Origin: a bacterium
GTDB taxonomy: Bacteria; UBA8248
Direction: 5' to 3'
Assembly: GCA_965261085.1 (NCBI GenBank)
Contig: OZ253442.1
Location: forward strand, 3,232,001 to 3,296,000
Length of the DNA: 64,000 nt
Position 1 is the stretch's first letter. Each line of letters begins with the position of its first letter. Below the pieces are notes generated by a model, which was given only the letters and a program-made list of their open reading frames with translations, had not been told where the DNA came from and ran no database searches. Positions 57,029-64,000 of this stretch are shown one piece after another. The translations under genes were made by a program, and so were the position numbers.

Positions 57029-60000
57029 TCACATGGAATCTTCCACCACCGACAGCGTGTAGGTGCCTGTATCGTATCCCCAGGCGCCGGCCGCCACATA
57101 GTAGGCGCCGGCTTCCTCCGCCGTGAACGTCACCCGGGCGTTGTAGCCCGCGCCGCCGTCGTCGTCCGTCGTGCCGGGGATGAAGTTTCCGTCCGCGTCG
57201 TGGAGCCCGTACAGATACGGGTCACTCAAGGTGCCGCTCCCGGTCGGCGAGCCCTTGAGGTCGATCCGGTAGGTCGCGCCCGCCTCGAGTTCCACCGCGA
57301 ACCAGTCGCAGTCGAACGAGATCTCGATATCGCTCGTCACCGAGCCGCCCACCTCCACCGCGCCGCTCGTCCCGGTACCCGCCGCCAAATCGTCCGGGAC
57401 CTCAGTCACCGACAGCGTGTAGGTGCCTTTACTGTCATATTCACCGCCGCCGGTGTATACATAGCTGTTGCCGGCCACCAAATAGTAGGTGCCGGCATCC
57501 GTCGCCGTGAACGTCACCCGGGCGTTGTAGCCCGCGCCGCCGTCGTCGTCCCACGTGTAGAGGATACGGACGCCGTCCGCGTCGCGGACCGAGCCCAGAT
57601 GCGGGTTCCTCATGGTGCCGCCCCCGGTCCACGAGCCTTCCAGGTCGATCCGGTAGGTACTGCCCGCCTCGAGCTCGACGGCGAACCAGTCGTGGTCGTT
57701 AAATACATGGATCTTGCCCGTCGCCGAGCCGCCCACCGCAACCCGGCCGGTCGTGGAGGTGTCTTCCGGAAGGTCCTGGCCGTCCGGTTCGGACACACTC
57801 TGTTGCGTCTCCGTAACCTCCTGCGCTTCGGCCACGTCGGTGACGTTGACGGTGACGGTCACCTCGCTGTGCAGGCTGCCGTCACTCGCCCGCACCGTCA
57901 GTTCGTACCGGGTCGTCCCCGACTCGTAGTCCTCGCCCGCGCCCTGGTACGACAGGGCGCCCGTCCCCGGGTCGATGGCGAACAGGCCACCGGAGTCGCC
58001 CGCCTCGATGCTGTAGGTAATCGTCGAGTTTTCCGGGTCCGTCGCCGATACCGCGCCCAACGCTACACTGGCCGCGCCGCCGTCGGCGTTCTCCGCCAGT
58101 GAGAACGCATAGCTCCCCTCCGCGAACGCCGGCGCTTCGGCCACGTCGGTGACGTTGACGGTGACGGTCACCTCGCTGTGCAGGCTGCCGTCACTCGCCC
58201 GCACCGTCAGTTCGTAGCTGGTCGTCCCCGACTCGTAGTCCTCGCCCGCGCCCTGGTACGACAGGGCGCCCGTCCCTGAGTCGATCTCGAACAGGCCACC
58301 GGAGTCGCCCGCCTCGATGCTGTAGGTAATCGTCGAGTTTTCCGGATCCGTCGCAGAGACCGCGCCCAACGCTACACTGCTCGCGCCGCCGTCGGCGTTC
58401 TCCGCCAAGTCGAACGCATAGCTCGTCTCCGCGAACGCCGGCGCTTCGGCCACGTCGGTGACGTTGACGGCCACGGTCACGTCGCTGTGCAGGCTGCCGT
58501 CGCCGGCGCGCACCGTCAGCTCGTAGCTGGTCGTCCCCGACTCGTAGTCCTCACCCACGCCGATGTAGAACACCTCGCCGCTCGTCGCGTCGATCTCGAA
58601 CAGGCCACCGGAGTCGCCCGCCTCGATGCTGTAGCTCACCGCCGCATCTTCGGGGTCCGTCGCCGATACCGCGCCCAGAGACACCCCGTTCGCGCCCCCG
58701 TCCGCGTTCTCCGCCAGTGAGAACGCATAGCTCGTCTGCCCGAACGCCGGAGGACCGTTCACGGTTTTCTGCTGTGCGGTCTGAGGCGAGACGTCCCTGA
58801 CCTCAACCTCGTAGGCGCCGAGTCCGGAGTAGGCGCCGGCGATGATGTAATGTGTGCCGCTCTCGGTCGGGGTGAAGTTCAACCGGCTGTTGTAGCCTTC
58901 GCCTCCATCGTCGTTGGACACGCCCGCAATTCGGCTGCCGTCAGGGCCCTTGATGCCGCGCAGATACGGATCGTTCAGTGTGCCGTCGCCCGTCGGGCTG
59001 CCCCTGAGATCGATGATGTAGGTCCGCCCCGCAACCAGCTCCACCGCAAACCCATCCCGGTCGCCCGTGCTCCCGATCTTGCCGGTAGCGGTGCCGCCGA
59101 CGGCAACCCGGCCAATCGTCGATGTATTCGTGGGAAGGTCCTCGCCGTACGGCTCGGACACGCTCTGCAAGTTTTCCGGGTCGGCCGGCGCGACAATCGT
59201 TTGCTCCGGCACGTCCGTAATGGCGACGCTCACCGCGGCGTCGGCGGTCAGAGCGCCGTCGCTCGCCCGGATCGTCAGGTCGAACTGCGCCGCGCCGGCC
59301 TCGTAGTCCTCGCCCGCCCCGACGTAGAACAGCTCGCCGCTCGCCGCGTCGATCTCGAACGACCCTGACTCGTTGCCGCCCTCGATGCTGTATGCGACCG
59401 TGTCATTGTCCGGGTCCGTGGCCGTAACCGCGCCCAGAGATACCCGGTCCGTGCCCCCGTCCGCGTTCTCCGCGAGTGAGAACGCGTAGCTCGCCTCCGC
59501 GAACTCCGGCGCCTCATCCGTCCCCTCCTGCTGCTGCTGCTCCAAGGCGGCCACCACGTCGGGATTGGCCCCACTCACCCCATAACGCAGTTTGAATTCG
59601 TTGGCGCCTTCTTCCTGCGCTTCCACCCGCACGAAATACGTCCCGGCCAGGAGCGTCTGCGAAATCCACTCGCTCGCCGTCCCCTCCTCCGTGCCGCTGT
59701 AGAGGACGTTGCCTTCGGCGTCCTCCAGAAACAGGTCGGCATTCGCATCCTGTTGGCGCAAACCCAGTCCAACCCTCCTGGCCTCCGAAAGCGTGAAGCG
59801 CCAGTAGTCCACCGAGTCGGAGGAGCCGTCGAGTGATGCTGCCGGAAACTGCAGCCCGGCGAGAGCCGTGATATCGCCGAGATCGGTCGCGCCGCCGCGC
59901 TCGGCGTCCGTATCCACCCATTCCGTCACGCGCACGGTGTACTCGCCCGTCTGATTCGAATGGCCGCGAGCTTCGATATAGTAGGCGCCGGTGGTGGCGG

Positions 60001-60280
60001 CGGTGAAGGTCAACCGGGCGTCCCTGCCGGCGCCGCCATCGTTGTCCCGGGCGCCCGCAATCCGGTTGCCGCCGGCGTCGTAGAGGCCTCGCAGTACCGG
60101 GTCCTGCAGGGCGCCACCGCCGCTGTCGGCTCCCTCCAGGCCGATGACGTAGGTATGGCCGGCGACCAGGTCGACCGCGAACCAGTCGAAGTCATTCGAG
60201 GTCTCGATCTCGCCCGCCGCCGAGCCCCCCACCGCAACCGCGCCGGTAGTCTGCGTATCGGATGTATAGTCGTCAGGCAT
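57029..60280 (-). CDS. Secreted PPC-domain/cadherin-repeat protein
   Basis: Repeated G...VGGS.TG.I....D.DWFAVEL.AG..Y.I.L.G domains; four cadherin repeats (AP.F....YAF.LAENADGG...V.ATDP...DYE); no signal peptide. Confidence 0.88.
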   Translation of the reverse strand: MPDDYTSDTQTTGAVAVGGSAAGEIETSNDFDWFAVDLVAGHTYVIGLEGADSGGGALQDPVLRGLYDAGGNRIAGARDNDGGAGRDARLTFTAATTGAYYIEARGHSNQTGEYTVRVTEWVDTDAERGGATDLGDITALAGLQFPAASLDGSSDSVDYWRFTLSEARRVGLGLRQQDANADLFLEDAEGNVLYSGTEEGTASEWISQTLLAGTYFVRVEAQEEGANEFKLRYGVSGANPDVVAALEQQQQEGTDEAPEFAEASYAFSLAENADGGTDRVSLGAVTATDPDNDTVAYSIEGGNESGSFEIDAASGELFYVGAGEDYEAGAAQFDLTIRASDGALTADAAVSVAITDVPEQTIVAPADPENLQSVSEPYGEDLPTNTSTIGRVAVGGTATGKIGSTGDRDGFAVELVAGRTYIIDLRGSPTGDGTLNDPYLRGIKGPDGSRIAGVSNDDGGEGYNSRLNFTPTESGTHYIIAGAYSGLGAYEVEVRDVSPQTAQQKTVNGPPAFGQTSYAFSLAENADGGANGVSLGAVSATDPEDAAVSYSIEAGDSGGLFEIDATSGEVFYIGVGEDYESGTTSYELTVRAGDGSLHSDVTVAVNVTDVAEAPAFAETSYAFDLAENADGGASSVALGAVSATDPENSTITYSIEAGDSGGLFEIDSGTGALSYQGAGEDYESGTTSYELTVRASDGSLHSEVTVTVNVTDVAEAPAFAEGSYAFSLAENADGGAASVALGAVSATDPENSTITYSIEAGDSGGLFAIDPGTGALSYQGAGEDYESGTTRYELTVRASDGSLHSEVTVTVNVTDVAEAQEVTETQQSVSEPDGQDLPEDTSTTGRVAVGGSATGKIHVFNDHDWFAVELEAGSTYRIDLEGSWTGGGTMRNPHLGSVRDADGVRILYTWDDDGGAGYNARVTFTATDAGTYYLVAGNSYVYTGGGEYDSKGTYTLSVTEVPDDLAAGTGTSGAVEVGGSVTSDIEISFDCDWFAVELEAGATYRIDLKGSPTGSGTLSDPYLYGLHDADGNFIPGTTDDDGGAGYNARVTFTAEEAGAYYVAAGAWGYDTGTYTLSVVEDSM

Positions 60281-60305
60281 GGTCTGTCCCCTTTCTCAAG
60301 TGAAT

Positions 60306-60797
60306 CCGGGGCAATGGGCGCCCCGGCTCAACTCGTTTCTCCTCGTCGAGGGATCCGGAAGATCCCCCCCAAACACTCACACGCAACGAAAACTCCCCGA
60401 GTTTCGCCCCAGGGTTGCTCTACGGAGCGCTGTAAATTATCAGACCCATTTAAGCACAAAATGTGTGAACTTAGTGTGAGTGTTTGCGACAATTACGTGT
60501 TGTTATCGTGTTATTTTGTATGAATCCCCCTGTGGGGTCGCAACCGCGCCGTGGACAGGGCGTTCCGAAACGATCCGCCGACAGTGGGACAGTGGGACGC
60601 CGTCAGGCTCATTCTCTCAGAATATGACCGCATCGGCGGCGAGCCCGATACCCTCGTCTTGCATGGCCACTGTATCGACTTCACCCTGAGTAGCCGCCGA
60701 AGGCGGCATATCGAAGGGCGCTCCCTTTCGATGCGCCCCGGCGCTCCCTCGATACGGCGCGCGAGCGCGCCTACTCGGGATGAGGGAGGAGTGTCGT
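60306..60797 (-). promoter_or_regulatory. Conserved expression cassette copy D (leader hairpins + core + relaxase-relic tail)
   Basis: GATAAT (minus) 60436-60441; CAC-gataa-caa-CAC-18bp-CAC-actaa-gtt-CAC; + strand reads VDRAFRNDPPTVGQWDAVRLILSEYDRIGG. Confidence 0.78.
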
Positions 60798-61125
60798 CGC
60801 GGGTCGCCGCCCTGTTCGGGACGAGGGAGCCGCGCGGACATGTCGCGCCTAGATATTGATCAAATCCGCTTTCGTTTTGATTGCATATTTCAGAAGGCGG
60901 ATGACGGACGAGACGGGCAAGAATATATTTATAATGATATCAACAGGACAGCGTGATTTTGTGGCCGATGAAATAGCCTTGACGAGGCGATAATACTGAA
61001 AATATCGATAAATTCACGGGGTTTTTCAGTAAATTATTGAAACGCTAAATAATTGATTATAGGCGGTTTATGACGTTTCAGGCCGGAATGGAGGTCATTC
61101 CGGCCATGTAGGAGCGCAGCGCACG

Positions 61126-61221
61126 TCACAGGACCTCTTCCACCGACAGCGTGTAGGCGCCTTCCCGGTCTCCCCCGGCGCCGGCCGCCACATAGTAGGC
61201 GCCGGCATCCTCCGCCGTGAG
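61126..61221 (-). pseudogene. 3'-end relic of another PPC-domain gene
   Basis: LTAEDAGAYYVAAGAGGDREGAYTLSVEEVL*, followed by the same TGACGTGCGC as the 57029 gene end and a hairpin at 61081-61105. Confidence 0.8.
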
Positions 61222-61378
61222 ATTCTAACGGCCCGACGTCAAGTTTTCCGGCAGTGTCGCAATGACGAATGGGCCTCATACCGGTAGGCAACCTTCAGAT
61301 CTCCATTTGCAGAAATGACAACGTCGATATCGTAGTCGTCGGGAGTATCTTTGCACTTTTCAATACGGCCGTAGTCCC

Positions 61379-63712
61379 CTATGGGGTTTCCGGTGAGGCC
61401 AAGCGGTAGCCGACACCTCGCACGTTCAGGATGTAGTCCGACCGGGCCGGGTCGCCGCCGAGCTTCCGGCGGAGCTGCTTCACGAAGGTGCGAACGAGGG
61501 CCGGGTCGCCCTGGTCCGGCTCGCTCCATATCTGGCGGACCAGCGAGTCGTAGGTCAGTACCCGTCCCGCGTTCACCGAGAGTATGCGCAGGAGATCGTA
61601 CTCGGTGGCGGTGAGATGCACGAGGCGGCCAGCCACGCTCACCCGCCGCTGCTCGTAGTGGATGGCGAGATCCCCCAGCACGAAGGGTTCCGGTCGGGCC
61701 TGTTTGCGAAGTGCCGCGCGGATCCTCGCCGTCAGCTCAGTCGCCGAGAAGGGCTTGACGAGGTAGTCCGCGGCCCCGCTCTCCAGCGCCCTGGCGATGG
61801 TCTCGTCCCTGCCGTAGGCGGAGATGAAGATGACCGGCAGATCGGCCATCTCGGGGACGCTTTCCATGAGCTCGATGCCGTCGGTGCCGGGCAGTATCAG
61901 GTCGAGCAGGATCAGGCGGGGCTTCTCCGCCGCGATGATGCGCGACACTTCCCGATGGTCGCCGGTGACGAGTGGGGAGAAGCCAGCAGATGCCAGCGCG
62001 TCCCGAACGAAGCGCAGTGTCTGCGGGTCGTCGTCCACCACCAGGATAGGTGTCTTCTGGCTTTCTTCGGGAAGCGAGCCGGACCAGTCCAGGACGGAGC
62101 CGACCTCCACGCCGGCCTCTTCAGCCACCGGGAGCGTGAAGGTGAACTGCGTGCCCAGGCCCGGCCCGCCGCTTGCGGCCCAGATGCGCCCGCCATGGGC
62201 CTCCACCAAGCCCTTGCAGATGGCGAGCCCCAGACCGGACCCCCGAAGCCCGCCTCCACGCTCGTCGCTGCTGAGGCCCGTGTACTTCTGGAACAGGTGC
62301 GGAAGCAGCTCAGCGGGAACACCCCGGCCTTCGTCCGAGACCGAAACCGCGACGTGCAGGCCGTCGCGCACCGCGGCGACCCTGATGGGCGACGACTCCG
62401 GAGAGTATCCCGAGGCGTTGGAAAACAGGTTGTTCAGGACCTGCACGATGCGCCGCCGATCGGCCATCACCCGGGGCAGGTCCTGCGGAAGGTCGATGAG
62501 AATCGTGTGCGTGTTGCCGCTGCTCAGGAACGCGTTCCTGGCCTGGTCCACCGTCCCCGCCACATCCGTGGGCACAGGCGAGACGGACAGCGTGCCCGCG
62601 TTGATGCGGCCCGCGTCCAGCAGGTCGCTGATCAAGCAACGCATGTGATCGGCTTGCTCGTCGATAACACGGAAGAACTGGTCCACCTCGGCCGGATCTA
62701 GTGTCGGCGAGGCCCCCAGCACGGTGGTAGTCGAGCCCTTGATGGCGGCGAGCGGCGTGCGCAACTCGTGGCTCACCATGCCCAGGAACTCCGCCCGCAT
62801 CCGGTCGAGCTCCTCGAGCGGGGCCAGGTCCTGCATGGTGACGACCACCGTCTCGATCTCGTCGGCGGCGGAGCGGATCGGCGTGACGTTGATCAGCATC
62901 CGGATGCTGCGCCCGTCGGGGACCGAGAGCTCGACCTCCGCGGCGCGCAGCGTCTCGGCGCTCGTGATCTCGGCGACGCTGACCTCGCGGCCGTCTGCGA
63001 GCCGGGACGTCAACACGTCGAGCAGCTCTACCGGAGAGCAGCCCGGCATGCGAAGCGCCTCGACGATACGCCGCGACTCCTGGTTGAACATCACCGGATA
63101 GCAACTCTTCGCGTCGAAGACCACGACGCCGACCGGTGAGGTCTCCACCAGGGCCTCGAGGTCGGCACGCACGCGCTGCTCGTCGCGGTGAGTGCGCGCA
63201 TTTGCGATCGCCGTCGCCGCCTGGGAGGCGAACAGCACCAGCAACTCCTCGTCCTCGTCCGTGAACCCGCCGCCCTCCTTCTCGCCCAAGAAGAAGTTGC
63301 CGACGTGAACGCCCCCGTGGCGCATCGGCGTTCCCTGGAACGTCCTGCACGGGATCAGGCCCGGCGAAAGCCCGAGCGAGCGGACGTAGGCCTCCAGGTC
63401 CGCTAGGCGAAGCGGCGCGTCGAGGCCGCGCAGATGCTCGAACAACTGCAACGCGTCGGGCCAGACCGGCATCAGCTGTTCTTGCTCCGGCGTCATGCCC
63501 GAGGCGACGAAGTCCTGCGGCTGGCCGGCCTCGTCGATGGTCGTGATCACGCCGTAGCGGGCGCCAGTCAGCGCGCGGGCGCTTTCCACGATCTCGCGCA
63601 GGACGGTGTCCACGTCGAGGCTCGCGCTGATGCGCAGAATCGCCGCGCTCAGCCTGGAGAACTGCTCCCGTAGCGCGTCGACCTCTCGCGTTAGTTCATT
63701 GCGGTTCTTCAT
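61379..63712 (-). CDS. Cytoplasmic hybrid sensor kinase/response regulator (GAF-PAS-HisKA-HATPase-REC-OmpR-type wHTH)
   Basis: GAF FTDEDEELL..FASQAA.AI.NA; H-box SHELRTPL; N-box NNLFSNA; GSGLGLAIC; REC VVDDD/LLDLILP/KPF; wHTH LTATEYDLL...LRRKLG...NVRGVGYRL; no TM segment. Confidence 0.9.
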   Translation of the reverse strand: MKNRNELTREVDALREQFSRLSAAILRISASLDVDTVLREIVESARALTGARYGVITTIDEAGQPQDFVASGMTPEQEQLMPVWPDALQLFEHLRGLDAPLRLADLEAYVRSLGLSPGLIPCRTFQGTPMRHGGVHVGNFFLGEKEGGGFTDEDEELLVLFASQAATAIANARTHRDEQRVRADLEALVETSPVGVVVFDAKSCYPVMFNQESRRIVEALRMPGCSPVELLDVLTSRLADGREVSVAEITSAETLRAAEVELSVPDGRSIRMLINVTPIRSAADEIETVVVTMQDLAPLEELDRMRAEFLGMVSHELRTPLAAIKGSTTTVLGASPTLDPAEVDQFFRVIDEQADHMRCLISDLLDAGRINAGTLSVSPVPTDVAGTVDQARNAFLSSGNTHTILIDLPQDLPRVMADRRRIVQVLNNLFSNASGYSPESSPIRVAAVRDGLHVAVSVSDEGRGVPAELLPHLFQKYTGLSSDERGGGLRGSGLGLAICKGLVEAHGGRIWAASGGPGLGTQFTFTLPVAEEAGVEVGSVLDWSGSLPEESQKTPILVVDDDPQTLRFVRDALASAGFSPLVTGDHREVSRIIAAEKPRLILLDLILPGTDGIELMESVPEMADLPVIFISAYGRDETIARALESGAADYLVKPFSATELTARIRAALRKQARPEPFVLGDLAIHYEQRRVSVAGRLVHLTATEYDLLRILSVNAGRVLTYDSLVRQIWSEPDQGDPALVRTFVKQLRRKLGGDPARSDYILNVRGVGYRLASPETP

Positions 63713-63883
63713 TCACCCTTCCAGACCCAGGGCAATACGCGGGCCGACCTCTCGTTTCGAACGCCCTGGAATGAAACGCGAGATCGATCGGCGGAATTCA
63801 AAATGAGGCACTACCAAAAAACTGCGGTTTCCTCGAAATCAACACTGTATCAGATGATTAGCACACGGATACCTCACAATAGG

Positions 63884-63912
63884 ATCCTATAATATAGGCC
63901 AATCAGCGTCAA
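63884..63912 (-). promoter_or_regulatory. Putative sigma70 promoter facing the hybrid kinase
   Basis: Minus strand TTGACG-17 bp-TAGGAT. Confidence 0.4.
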
Positions 63913-64000
63913 CCTTGGAGTGGCGGCCTGCCCGAAAGGGCTGGCCGTGTTGTTGGATGCCGTTGAGCCGAAGCTGCGGAATCGTCGGGAGGGTGTCGAC

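Overview
64 kb of mostly high-GC bacterial DNA. The gene content (many ABC importers; SRCR/FN3/cadherin/Calx-beta/RTX secreted proteins) suggests a host-associated symbiont, possibly from a sponge; this is inference only. Layout: 1-19.6 kb holds ABC importers (Liv-like, two Tau/Ssu-like, Dpp-like), small catabolic enzymes and gene relics. 19.8-27.3 kb is an autotransporter island. 27.3-41 kb is a housekeeping block (panE, AAA+ pair, tyrS, MFS, aminotransferase, coaD, moaB), part of it visibly lower in GC. 41.2-64 kb is an accessory island with integrase relics, a truncated caddie-tyrosinase fusion, a PAS-LuxR regulator, a second autotransporter, HU, an orphan integron cassette, two RTX proteins, an IS1182-family element, a PPC/cadherin protein and a hybrid kinase-regulator. 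The main unexplained structure is a non-coding cassette present in five copies, each directly upstream of a different secreted repeat-protein gene. All copies keep four CAC/CAT half-sites at 11-21-11 bp spacing. Four copies have a -10 box and a tail that is a fossil of a MOBF relaxase-helicase gene; three share a hairpin leader. Promoter, leader and RBS/signal-peptide modules are combined differently with different passengers, which looks like a modular surface-protein expression/diversification system. The neighbouring OmpR-type hybrid kinase is a candidate regulator. All family assignments come from motif recognition without database searches, and some abrupt junctions could be assembly artefacts.
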